From Macrostomum lignano (taxonomy: Eukaryota), in assembly GCA_002269645.1 (NCBI GenBank), contig NIVC01001087.1, positions 186,001 through 250,000 of the forward strand: a stretch of DNA of 64,000 nt, in the 5' to 3' direction. Numbering within the stretch: position 1 is the stretch's first letter; each line of letters starts with the position of its first letter. Positions 21,066-32,345 of the stretch are shown here, piece after piece. A program made the position numbers and the translations under genes. Under the pieces are notes generated by a model, which had not been told where the DNA came from, did no database searches, and saw nothing but the letters and a program-made list of their open reading frames with translations.

Positions 21066-23930
21066 ATGTCTACACCAGCTTCAAAGCCGAATCTGCCGCT
21101 GCGTAAAATAGTACCTCGCGTCATTGCGCCGAGGCCTACCTCGCGTCCGGCACCGCCGCCACCCGTGAAACTGCCTCCAGTTAGTGCTAAGCCTCAGCAG
21201 CAACAGAAGCCTGCTGCGGTACCGCAGCCACAACAGCAGCCATTGCAACATCAGTTTCAATACTCCGCCCCTGTAGCTATAAATGGGGCAGGTATTCATC
21301 ATCAACAGCAGCAGCAGCAGCAATTGTTGCTATCGCATCACAATTCTTTACCGACTTGTCTTGCATTCTCAGCTGCTCCCGGAGGCGGTCAAATCCTCAC
21401 CGCTCTACCAACCGCCCTGTCTGCCAGTCAGTCGCTGATGGCCGCTCCAGTATCTACGGGCGCTAATAGCGCTGCAGTCTTTCCACCGAAGCGTAAACTC
21501 ACTGGCGCCGCTGCCGCTTCTGTTGCGCGTAAACAACAGCAGATGCTCATGCAGCAGCAGCAGCAGCAGCAGTTTATTTATCAACAGACTCAGCAACAGC
21601 AGGTGTTATTTTCGGCTATGCCAGTAGTGTCGTCCAATTCGTTTCACGGTCAGACGTTTTATCAAACAACGCTGACGCATAGCCGATCGGAGGAGTGCTA
21701 TACTACAGTGACAACTAGCTCTGGCGGAGGTGCAACCGGAGGTGCGCAGGATCTGCTAATGCTAGCCTGTCAAGAGGCTGGTCTAGAATTCGACTTCAAC
21801 TTGCAGCAGCAGACAGCGACAATGACAGCGGAAAATGCTAATGGTTCTGATCAGTTGTCTGCTTCAGAACCTTCTGCTGCTTCTGCTTCTCCTGTGCTAG
21901 CTCCCGCTCCGCTATTGCCTAGCAACGCAGATGCTGCCGTTGCCACTTCAGCTGCCTCGTCGGCTGTTTCGGCAATCCCAGCTGACGTAGTCAACGACGA
22001 CGGTGAAGGTCACGAATCGTTTCTCCGGGAACTGGGCCTCTTGGACTTGCCAGACGCTGCTGCTGTATTCGAATGCCCCAACACTGCACTGTTAGACCAG
22101 TCGCAGCAGGAGCAGCAACAACAACAGCAAATTCCAGATACCGCTAGCCAGCAAGAGGAAGAAGCAGCAGAATCGTACATATTAGACGACGCTTTTGCCG
22201 CGTGTATTTTGGACAAGGTTGGACAGCAGCAACAACCGCAACAGGAGCAAGATGTTGTTGAAGATCCCGACACCGAATTACTACTAGAAGAAGCGGCAGC
22301 GGCAGCAGCGGCTGCTATAGCACTTTCGCCTACTTGGCCAGCGGATGTTGGCGACTCTTGTCAATCCTTGCTAGACGAGATGATGTCTTGCGGTCCGCCT
22401 CCTGAGCATCCGACAAGTTCAAATGTAGCGGAGACTGCAGTTGCAAGTTCAGAATTGGCTAGTGCTAGTAACGGTGCAGGTCAACTGGCGGATACAGTTG
22501 GTCAGTCATCAGCAACTACTGAGCCTGTTGGTGCCGAATCAAATGAGGATGCTGCTGCCGGACTTATGCTGCCTACTCTAGCGGAACCTCAGCCAGATAC
22601 TAAGTCAGCGTCTAAGCAAGTTGAATCGACTGCGGAAGTTACAATAAAACCGGCGGAGTTGCCTGCTAACATTGGTGCTGATAGAACTAACAGTGCAACC
22701 GATGAAGTCAGTAATATTGAGGATAAATATCCTAGGGATATTGTCAAAACTGTAAAGCCAACCTCTACCGTTGATCAGGATCTTGAATTGCCCCTAGCAG
22801 TCGAGACAAATTATAAAGACGCATCGCCTAGCAAATCACCGCCAGTGTCGTTGGATACTAAAAAAGCAACAACGCCAACCGGTTCATCAGTGCACAATGG
22901 TGATAATCTTTTCAAACGATTGCGACAAGATTCGACAAGATCTGAAGAGAGTCGCGTTAACTCATTACAGTGCAGTCCTGTCAAGGAGGCTTCACCCTGT
23001 AAAAAGTCTGCTGTTAGTCAACCGGATATTTTCGAATTCAAAAAAGAGGAGCAGCGTTCTCCAGTGGTACTTGCATCGCCAAATTTGAAATCGGAGTCTA
23101 ACGGCCTTAGCAACGGTGCAGACGCTAGCAACGCAGCCGAAACGGTACCTTTATTAACCGGTACACCTTGTGTGGTAACAGACTCAGTTCCATCAGCTGT
23201 TCTTGACGACACTAAACCTGTAGAAAAATTGTTGGTCTCGAAATGCAAAATCGAATCGTCAATATCGCCGCTAAAATCGAAATCGAAACGATCGAAAAAG
23301 CATCGCCGGCATCACGACTCGAATGTTCGACAACAGAACAGCAAGGAGCAGACTGAGCCGGCGGTTGTCGCTTTGGACGAATCGCCGCAGAAATTGCCCA
23401 GTCTAAAGATCACTATCAAGCGACCATTCGCTCAGCAACTACACAATGACGAGGATAAGGAAAAGGATAAACTTCCCATTGAACAGGCGCCACAGCCGCC
23501 AGCCGTTCCCGTCGCAGGTGAAGGTGGCGGCCTGAAGCTGCGCTTGAATTTGAAATCGCTGGGCGTTAATCTGCAGTCTCCGCCGCCTCCTCAGCGCCCG
23601 ATGCCGAGCGAGCATCTTCAACCAACGTCTCCGTCTTCTTTGTCTTCTTCAGCTTCGACTAGCTCGCCGCCTCCACCGCGTTGCTATAGCAACGATTCTG
23701 TTGATCCTCATTCGTCATCGATGAAAAAACGACGTCACAATCACAGCAAGCAGCACCGACATCGACGTGAGAAAACTTCCTCCTCATCTGGGGACACTCC
23801 GCCGCCGCCTTCGGCTCAGTCAACAACAGCCAGTCGGTCTGACGCAACCGCTGAGGCGTCTTCAGTGGAGCCTTCTGTAAAAATTGCCCGTTTAACATTG
23901 CGTCTGCCGCTAAGACAGCCAGCCTCCTGA
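21066..23930 (+). CDS. Intronless 954-aa Q/P/S/A-rich, probably disordered nuclear protein of unknown family
   Basis: Long uninterrupted GC-rich ORF in an AT-rich background, with AAAAATG start context. It has polyQ tracts, basic NLS-like patches (PKRKL, KSKRSKKHRR, KKRRH) and no recognisable globular domain. Confidence 0.85.
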   Translation: MSTPASKPNLPLRKIVPRVIAPRPTSRPAPPPPVKLPPVSAKPQQQQKPAAVPQPQQQPLQHQFQYSAPVAINGAGIHHQQQQQQQLLLSHHNSLPTCLAFSAAPGGGQILTALPTALSASQSLMAAPVSTGANSAAVFPPKRKLTGAAAASVARKQQQMLMQQQQQQQFIYQQTQQQQVLFSAMPVVSSNSFHGQTFYQTTLTHSRSEECYTTVTTSSGGGATGGAQDLLMLACQEAGLEFDFNLQQQTATMTAENANGSDQLSASEPSAASASPVLAPAPLLPSNADAAVATSAASSAVSAIPADVVNDDGEGHESFLRELGLLDLPDAAAVFECPNTALLDQSQQEQQQQQQIPDTASQQEEEAAESYILDDAFAACILDKVGQQQQPQQEQDVVEDPDTELLLEEAAAAAAAAIALSPTWPADVGDSCQSLLDEMMSCGPPPEHPTSSNVAETAVASSELASASNGAGQLADTVGQSSATTEPVGAESNEDAAAGLMLPTLAEPQPDTKSASKQVESTAEVTIKPAELPANIGADRTNSATDEVSNIEDKYPRDIVKTVKPTSTVDQDLELPLAVETNYKDASPSKSPPVSLDTKKATTPTGSSVHNGDNLFKRLRQDSTRSEESRVNSLQCSPVKEASPCKKSAVSQPDIFEFKKEEQRSPVVLASPNLKSESNGLSNGADASNAAETVPLLTGTPCVVTDSVPSAVLDDTKPVEKLLVSKCKIESSISPLKSKSKRSKKHRRHHDSNVRQQNSKEQTEPAVVALDESPQKLPSLKITIKRPFAQQLHNDEDKEKDKLPIEQAPQPPAVPVAGEGGGLKLRLNLKSLGVNLQSPPPPQRPMPSEHLQPTSPSSLSSSASTSSPPPPRCYSNDSVDPHSSSMKKRRHNHSKQHRHRREKTSSSSGDTPPPPSAQSTTASRSDATAEASSVEPSVKIARLTLRLPLRQPAS

Positions 23931-24289
23931 ATCAATTTTTTATTATGGCACGGCATTAACTTGTAGGTTTCAGTTTTTCTGCTTTAAATTGTATGTCGCA
24001 GCTGCATAGTTGAAGCTTCTAAAAAAGCTGAAAGGTATCTATTAATATTGATGGTATAATATTTTATATTAATTACCTTTAATCATTTTTGTACTTTTAA
24101 TCTGTCGCTATCGCACCGCAATGCATATATGGGCGCTTGTGCATCGATATAAATTAATCTGTTTTTTCTCTCTTCTATATAGGCAGCACTCGTTCTCTGT
24201 CTTTTGAATTGCTTCTTGTGTTCTGAACAAATTTGCTTTGTTATTTCTTAGCTTAATGTATCTGTAAGTTTCTTTGTTAGTCCGCTCGC

Positions 24290-24600
24290 TGCCCCATAAA
24301 CTGCTTTGATTGATAAGCCTCCCGCAGCCCTATAAACTGCTTTGATTGATAAGCCTCCCGCAGCCCTAAACTCCTTTGATTGATAAGCCTTTTGTAGCCC
24401 ATAAACTCCTTTGATTGATAAGCCTCCCGCTGCCCTAAACTCCTTTAATTGATAAGCCTCCCGCTGCCCTAAACTCCTTTGATTGATAAGCCTCCCGCTG
24501 CCCTAAACTCCTTTAATTGATAAGCCTCCCGCTGCCCTAAACTCCTTTAATTGATAAGCCTTCTGCAGCCCATAAACTCCTTTGATTGATAAGCCTGCAA
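24290..24600. repeat. 34-36-bp minisatellite, about 9 copies
   Basis: Unit GATAAGCCTCCCGCTGCCCTAAACTCCTTT(A/G)ATT. Confidence 0.92.
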
Positions 24601-25627
24601 GCTGTTTTTGATAAGCGATGTTTTGTATATTTTAAGACAAACCAAAATTGAATGATCTAATAAAAATTGTAGCCTCTGCTATCTTTGTTTGATTGCCTCT
24701 TATGAAATTCGCTTATCTGTTATTTAGCCTGACAATTAATTTTTGTGGTATTTAATTGTAAATTATGCTCCTACTGCCCACCTTGCAACCGTTAATTAGA
24801 AGTTATTTGCTTATTTATTTGTCTCTTTGTCTCTTCATGTTATCGCGCCTAAAGCATTCATGCACTAAAGACACAAACCGGCGTGCAGTTAATATCTGGC
24901 CCAATAATATTTAATCGCCCGAATTTAAATGTGTTTGCTCACAAAATTTGATTTCAATTTTCAAAAAGCTCGATTGATCAGTAATTACCGACTGACTTAC
25001 CACTGTGATGCAATTTTCGTACTTTTTTATTTTGTTAAAATTGTTGCAATTTGAAAGACAACAAACCTTTCCCAAAAACTGCTAGGATATTGCAGTCAGT
25101 ATTTGGCATTCTGTTGTACACCAAACTCCCAAAGTCGAATATGAACACAATGTGTGTTTTTATTCGCTTCAGTTTGTTGCATAAAACATATTTCTATGCT
25201 CTGCTAGAAGTTGAATCAAAATTGTCTTTACTTCTTTGTTATTTAAACATCTGTCTGTTAAAACTGTCCAGTTCTGTGTATATAAATTATTTACTTGCAT
25301 TTTCTAATTTAGTTATGCCTCTATCATAATTGTGTAATCATAATAAAGTTTCCTGTCCGTCTTCTTACGTTTCTTAAATATTTAAATAAAGTTGTTTCAA
25401 CAATTTCGATCAAGCTGCAATACTTTGTGTTCTTTTACCCTACTGTTCAAGTTCGGTTCCGTACTAATTGGTTAACTTATCAGGTTGTGTTACAGGTAAG
25501 TTCTTGCGCTCATTCTGTGCAAATCAAGCATTAGCAAGAGGCAAGAAACATACCAGTATTGCTCTGTGACATTTACTCAACAAATCAGTCACTGAAATGA
25601 GCGCAAAAACTTTAAACCTGACAACAG

Positions 25628-27095
25628 ATGACATGTGTAAACTATCAATATAATCGATTTGTTTAATAGTTTTTTCTCTCAATTTTCTACCCTATCGTTA
25701 CTGCTTCTGACACTTGGACAAGTTTATAGTTCGGTAGCATATCTATATACATTGCTACCTGTTAAATTAAAACTGTTTTTGTAAAACGATAAAATGATTT
25801 CTTATTTGATGCGAAAGAATCTCAATCTGCCTTTTTATAATTAGTTATTATTATGTACTCTGTTTGTTTGTCAGACGCTAGGGCACAAATTTGATTAGAA
25901 ACTGTTTCTAAGTTTGGATTAAAATTTGTAAAAGGAAGCCTACATACTATTAGCAAATAAATTTCCACCAAATTTATTACTAGGCACTTGTTCTGTCTGG
26001 TTCTGTTTCCTAATATATCGGCAGATATTGTGCCTGTTTATGAATATCTTCTGGGCTTGCTGTGGTATGTTCATTTTCTGTTAGAATTGTTTGACAGTTC
26101 GCCATCAACTTGCACTGCATGACCCCATATAGCACCCACTGACCCCATTTAGCACCCACTGACTCCATCTAGCACCCACTGACCCCATCTAGCACCCACT
26201 GACCCCATATAGCACCCCTGACCCCCATCTAGCACCACTGACCCCATCTAGCACCCCTGACCCCATCTAGCACCCCTGACCCCCATCTAGCACCCCTGAC
26301 CCCCATCTAGCACCCCTGAACCCATCTAGCACCCCTGACCCCATCTAGCACCCCTGACCCCATCTAGCACCCCTGACCCTATCTAGCACCCCTGACCCTA
26401 TCTAGCACCCCTGACCCCCATCTAGCACCACTGACCCCATCTAGCACCCCTGACCCCATATAGCACCCCTGACCCCATATAGCACCCCTGACCCCATCTA
26501 GCACCCCTGACCCCCATCTAGCACCCCTGAACCCATCTAGCACCCCTGACCCCATCTAGCACCCCTGACCCTATCTAGCACCCCTGATCCTATTTATAGC
26601 GGCAGCTCTTATTCCAGCACCCAAATTAAGTATGTACAATGTAAGCAAGTGTTTAACAAAGAAAACTGCGGGCAAAGAGGCGGACAAAGATTGCAATTTT
26701 TCAATAATATGATTTTAGGCTGTACACCAAGCGGGCACTGAGTGCTATATACTATTATAAGTTTATTTATTAGCCATGAATGTCATTAATATTACTATTA
26801 AATTTAATAAAATTGATTTTTTCAAATCTCCGTCGTTCACCATGCATATGCAATGCTATAATTAGACAGGAAGTACATTAATAAATATTATTGTTATACA
26901 CATCAACAACACAGACAATATATGTATCTTGCTTGACTGAGTACAGTATTATGTTTTATACATTATACATATCTGTAGGAAACCAAAGAGTATCATTATT
27001 AATATACAATAACTACAGCAGTGCTGAGACTTACCCTTGCGGTAACAAGCAACGAGAGAAGCATCACAGCTGCGGATATTCAAATTATTCGTTAA
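25628..27095 (+). CDS. Putative small-exon gene encoding a ~50-aa peptide with a signal-peptide-like N-terminus (speculative)
   Basis: Candidate exons 25628-25636 (ATGACATGT|gtaaac), 26025-26064 (ggcag|...|gtatgt), 26600-26629 (ttatag|...|gtatgt) and 27019-27095 (tacag|...TAA). They join in phase to MTCILCLFMNIFWACCAAALIPAPKLTVLRLTLAVTSNERSITAADIQIIR*. AATAAA at 27137. No recognised homology. Confidence 0.3.
26120..26590. repeat. 19-20-bp minisatellite (GACCCCATCTAGCACCCCT), about 24 copies
   Basis: Direct inspection. It is bracketed by a GTATGT donor (26065) and a TTTATAG acceptor (ending 26599). Confidence 0.95.
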
Positions 27096-27414
27096 ATTAC
27101 GAATACATGCAAACAGAGTATTGCTGTCAGATACCAAATAAAAATCTGTCTTAGCGTGTACATCATATACTACTGTTATCAAAATCGACAAGTAGAAGCT
27201 ACACTCGGACCGAATAAAGCTTTGTTGCAACATTCAAAATACGCAATAAAGACAAAGAAAGAATAACACGAAAATTTAAACGCTTTGAAATCCATTGACT
27301 TAAGCATAATTTAAGTATTAAAACTCGAAAAGCAATTGACTACTTATTATATTATAGTTATAAATGAGCCAATGATGATTCTTGAACTGCTGAAAATCCA
27401 ACACAAATATTTTG

Positions 27415-27615
27415 ATAAGGATCAACGGGATCTAGATTAGGATAAATGGGATAATTAGGAGCACGATTGGGATAAATGGGATCAGGATTGGGATAATTGG
27501 GAACACGATTGGGATAAATAGGATCAGGATTGGGATAAATGGGAGCAGGATTGGGATAGATGGGAGCAGGATTGGGATAAATGAATGGAATCAGGATTGG
27601 GATGATGGGGATCCA
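27415..27615. repeat. 21-bp minisatellite (GGATTGGGATAAATGGGAGCA) downstream of the STX6 stop
   Basis: Direct inspection; source of the PIYPNPA ORF 27358..27639. Confidence 0.9.
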
Positions 27616-27742
27616 GACTTCTAGATTCGATATCTGCATGTAGAAAGCTTTAACTTAGACCTCAGGATCTGCACTCCTAAAACAACTTTAATTAAAATGA
27701 GAAAACTGCAATTCATCAATCAGCCATCGTTACAAAACCAGT

Positions 27743-29032
27743 TCACAGTACAAACAAAAGCACAATGAGAATTATGAGCACTAGCAGTAACACGCCAATC
27801 ACAGTCCACTGTCGCTTATCGTTAGACATGTGCAGCACTCGGGCCATCTTCTTCATCGTGGTGTCCAGCTTGCTTTCAGTGGTGTCCATCTCTCGCCCGA
27901 ATTCGTCCAATATCACTGCCTGCTCTTCCAGTTCGCTGTTCATGCGGTGCGAGATGTCTTTGAGTGCGCCGATGCCACCGCTGAGTCTAAGGTTTGGTGG
28001 TGAGGGGGATAAGGCGCCTTATTTTACATGCCAGATTGATTGACAGCTCGGCAACACTTCGATTGAATCCATGGCGGATGGTGGTCCAGCAACTGAGGAT
28101 CTGGGAGGCTGGCCCAGCAACTGGGGATCTGGGAGGCTGGCCCAGCAACTGGGGATCTGGGAGACTGGCCCAGCAACTGGGGATCTGGGAGGCTGGCCCA
28201 GCAACTGGAGATCTGGGAGGCTGGCCCAGCAACTGGGGATCTGGGAGGCTGGCCCAGCAACAGAGGATCTGGGAGTCTGGCCCAGCAACTGGGGATCTGG
28301 GAGGCTGGCCCAGCAACTGGGGATCTGGGAGGCTGGCCCAGCAACTGAGGATATGGGAGGCTGGCCCAGCAACTGAGGATCCGAAAGGGTGGGAGCTGAG
28401 CTTTAGAATGCGATGTCTGGTGCGGCAAAAACAATTATGTCTCACCTATCCAAAGTCTCATCCTGTTGCCTTAGCAGCAGCTGCTGAGCAGCCTGAGTCT
28501 CCTCTGCATAGTTTGGCAGGGCCTGCCTGCTAGAAGAGGCGCCACCACTGCCGCCGCCAGCTGCCCCCGGCTGCCGGACGGAGGTAGCAGTGGCCGGGGG
28601 AGTCACGGCTACCGGAGTGTTCGGCTCCAGCCGTTCGATCTTGGCCTTCATCTCTTGAGCTCGTTGACGAGTTTCGCTGACGAATCCGCGACGAGCGGCC
28701 ACTTCGGATTCGTCCAGACGGAATTTCCTCGGATTTCGTTCAACAATACCGATGGTCTCTTCGAGATCGTCCAGATCCCATTCGATGTTGCGTAGGGAGT
28801 TCTGCAACTCGCCAAGGCAATAGTCTAGCTCCTGCCTGCCCACAGGGTTGGAGGCCAGGGTTTTGTACTGGCTCATCAGGATGCTCCACCGATCGAAAAG
28901 TTTCCTGGCCGACTCGACGTTGCGTTCAACATCCGATTTAACGGCAAAGAATGGGTCCTCGATTGAACCGCCGCCGCCGCCTCCGCCAACAAGAGGCTGC
29001 TGCTGATTGGCTGCGGCTGCCGATGACGTCAT
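27743..29032 (-). CDS. STX6: Syntaxin-6 (Qc-SNARE), 2 exons, 276 aa
   Basis: Exon 1 28446-29032 (phase 2, donor gtgag) and exon 2 27743-27986 (ccttag acceptor). N-terminal motifs EDPFFAVK and LRNIEWDLDDLEETIGIVERNPRKF; SNARE motif QQDETLDRLSGGIGALKDISHRMNSELEEQAVILDEF; C-terminal transmembrane helix. Confidence 0.97.
28088..28375. repeat. 28-bp minisatellite family, array B (STX6 intron)
   Basis: Unit CTGGGAGGCTGGCCCAGCAACTG(A/G)GGAT, about 10 copies. Confidence 0.97.
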
Positions 29033-29124
29033 TGCGTTGTTTTACATGAAAAAATCGATATAAAATTAGTTTGCTAAAAATGAATCTGTGGGAACTAGAA
29101 ATCTATATGTATGTGTGTGCTTCC

Positions 29125-29356
29125 ATAAAATAAAAAATGGATTACACCCGCCTTAATGGGCAGATGTGAAACCGACAGGTTGTTCAGTCCAAGGACTGGG
29201 GGGTCGCCACACAAGCCTCAATTACCCCAGCTGATGCTGCCACCCATTTTGCAGCTGGATGAACTGAAGCAATGCAGATAAGTGCCTTCTCAAGGAATCG
29301 AACCCTCGACCTTCAAGTCGTGAGTCTGACGCTCTAACCACTAGGCTACAACCCCC
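29125..29356 (-). mobile_element. tRNA-derived SINE with a CORE-like central block
   Basis: On the minus strand: GGGGGTTGTAGCCTAGTGGTTAGAGC (A box) and GGTTCGATTCC (B box, 29294-29304), then GGCACTTATCTGCATTGCTTCAG...CAGCTGCAAAATGGG, which resembles SINE central cores, and an A/T-rich end. No tRNA acceptor-stem 3' half. Confidence 0.8.
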
Positions 29357-32099
29357 TTCCATTGTGCTTCAATACATAGCCATTTAAGAATTATTAACTA
29401 CAGGTCGACTGTTTGGAAAAAAACATTTCGCAGAAAAGTTCACAAGCCTAAAAAACTCACAAACCTAAGGTAATTTAAGGAACTCAATGAGTAGCGGAAC
29501 TTTACAGAAAATAATAATCCATGCCTGGTATAGTAAGGCTAATTCACACAAATTTCAATCTTGAAGGAAGAAATCGATTTCTAAATCCTGTTTGAAACTT
29601 TCTCTGCTTCCTCTCGGTTTGGGGGGGGGCTGGTCTTAAGAGATTAGAAAAGTTAATTTTCAGCCTCAAGGCAAGACAAGAATGGCTTTGCTGGCTTTTT
29701 CTATCCATCGCGCATGGAGTTCTAAATAAGTAGATCTAGACTATACTAGCGACTAGCGACTTTCCTCTCTGCAGATACCATCAGATCTCAGAACGGCATC
29801 GCAGAAGCAGAGCAAGCTGATCAGAGTGTCAGATCGGAAGCAAAAACACAGACAGATCTGTGAATGCAACAGCATCTTTACAGCTGTAAGCTTAGTCTGC
29901 TGGCTATGTAATTGCACCGGGAAACATGGGTGGCTTGTAGTAGACCTTTAAGCAAGAAAAAATTAGTGATAAGGAGGTATCAATATATGAGCATATTTGA
30001 GCATTAGCTATACAAAAAGCATTGCTTCGGAACACGCGAGAGTTCTATAGCTTGATTGATTGATCGATCGCTTTACTCATAAAATTAAAATGAGAAACTG
30101 GTCCTTATAACTCGAAAAAAACATCTAAAGTACATCGAAAATTTGGTTGAGGAAAAGCATAGAGAAGTTGACTATATATAGGCAAGTATATCTAGGGAAT
30201 ATTTTACCAGTTTAATGCACATCGAAACAAGGTTAAAATACAAGCTTGTCAGGATGTCTATGGCCAAAAGGCTTATGCATAGCAAAATGAGAGTTTCTTT
30301 CTAGTGAATTCAGTTACACATATTTTGGTCATTTCATTCAAAAGTTGTGTGAAAAAACCATTGCAATGCCACTGATAGTCTGTCTTATAGTAAAAGGTGA
30401 AATATATAGCTTAGTCAGTTTTTATAGATCTTGTTTGCAGCACGCAAGTATATGAGCATACACAAAACACCTCTAATGCACAATGAACATTATTTTACTG
30501 TCCACCCCCTTCTGTGTTGAGTTTTTTTATATACTCTGTCACTTGGCAACAAATCTTGACAGTTTTGCACATTGCAAAATTTTGCTTAGTCAAGTGTCAA
30601 GGGTACAAAGACTTGGCTGATTGAATACTCAATATTCTAAAGGATGACAAATGTTTCATAGTTCCAAAGATGGCTAACAGGTGCAGATTCCAAGGTCTAT
30701 GATCCACAATTGCCTGGCAAGCATGAACCTTGTGAAGCTGAGCACTTGCTGAGTCCCAAGGTTTGGCACACTTTCTCCCATGGTCTTTCAACCTGTAGTA
30801 AGTATGTTGCTACAGATGGATACTATGTTGAGAAAGCTGCATTGAAGGTTGATGATGATGATGAATGACTATAATTTGTTTCTTTGAGGACAAAACATTG
30901 CTTTTTATATTTTTAAACTTTTATTGTAAGATTATCAGTGGTATTATGATGGTTTTTCACATATCTTTTGAATGCAATGGCCATAATACATGCAAATAAA
31001 TTCATTGGAAAGAAGATATATACTACTTTAAAATTGTACCCCTTATAATTATCTATATTGTATGCTTTCTTTTTTAACATAGGACTATTTAATCTTGAGA
31101 GATATCAAAATAAAGATTGAACATACTAAGATGCTCAAACAAGCAACTAGAAAGTACTATAATAAAGTAAAGAAAATGTCCCAAGCATATAAAGGTGCCA
31201 AGTGCCAAACTGATATCAAAAGTACAAAGGAAAGAAATAATAATAACAATATAATAATTTTTTACCAAACTTTTTTATTTTCTTAATAAAAGCAACATTC
31301 ATTTTGTTAAACTTGTAGGCTTTTTTAATTTTGAAAAATCTATTTAGTTCTATTACATTTGCTATATATCTATGCATACAAGGTTACACTTAGAATGTGT
31401 GCTAAGAAGACTTGGTTAGGTAACAATGATAGCCACCAACTATGCTATATATATGATATAGTTTTGATCAAAACTATGAAATACAAAAAATCTATTTTAG
31501 CATTGATTAGTAATTAATTGATTTCTTAGACAACATGCAATCATGTTTTGATTTCTTGAGAAATTGAGAAAAAAATTAAATAAAACAAAGGATTTAAAAA
31601 AATGTCTGCCTAACAAAAGGAAAATCAATTATTTTCATTTTTGATTGCAAGTCAATTATTATTAAATTAATGCTTACTTTCTATTTTTGTTTCTAATTCT
31701 AATTTATAATTGAGACATAGAAAAGCAAACTAAGGCAACAAAATGCTGGGCAACAGAAAGCATAGGCATTGAAAAGCATAGATACTGATTACTGATTATT
31801 GATATTGATTAGTGTCAAAATTTAGCCAGTACACAGACAATAAATAAAAACTAAAAAGCCTATGATGCAATCTATTTTAGAATCAGAATTCAATTAGTCA
31901 GTTTTTTCTCTAGCATTCTTACAATGCATTTCAAGTTGAAAGAGCTGCTTGACCTTTGCAAAAAAGCATGTTTTTTGAATATTTAATCCCTTGAGCATTG
32001 AGCAATTTCTTAGCCACATTGCACATGTACTGTCACGGAAAATTTTCTGATTGAACAGTGCAAGTTTGAAGAAAGTTGGTTGAGCCATTTTTGCTAAAA

Positions 32100-32345
32100 T
32101 TGATCGCATACCTAGATAGATAGATAGATACCTACCAATAGACCATTTTTAGTATATAGATTTTAAATCTTTTGGCAAAAACGCGATCAAAATTGGTGAA
32201 GAATTGCAATCTCTAGAGCATTATGACATTCAAGCATACAAACCTTAGAGATTTAGTATATTTAGATAGTGAAGAATTGCTTGCTCTAGAGCATTATGGA
32301 CAAGCATACAAACAAACAAACCTTAGAGATGTAGTATATTTAGAT
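32100..32345. mobile_element. Possible relic of a Helentron/DINE-like terminus with a duplicated end
   Basis: (TAGA)n followed by two copies of GTGAAGAATTGC...CTCTAGAGCATTATG...CAAGCATACAAAC...TAGTATATTTAGAT. The family assignment is by resemblance only. Confidence 0.3.

Noticed and set aside
29125-29356. Functional tRNA gene, or a hammerhead-containing SINE as known in schistosomes
   Set aside because: Only the 5' tRNA-like part with A/B boxes is present. I found no CTGATGA…GAAA core with supporting stems here or at other CTGATGA hits (e.g. ~47545, 50716).
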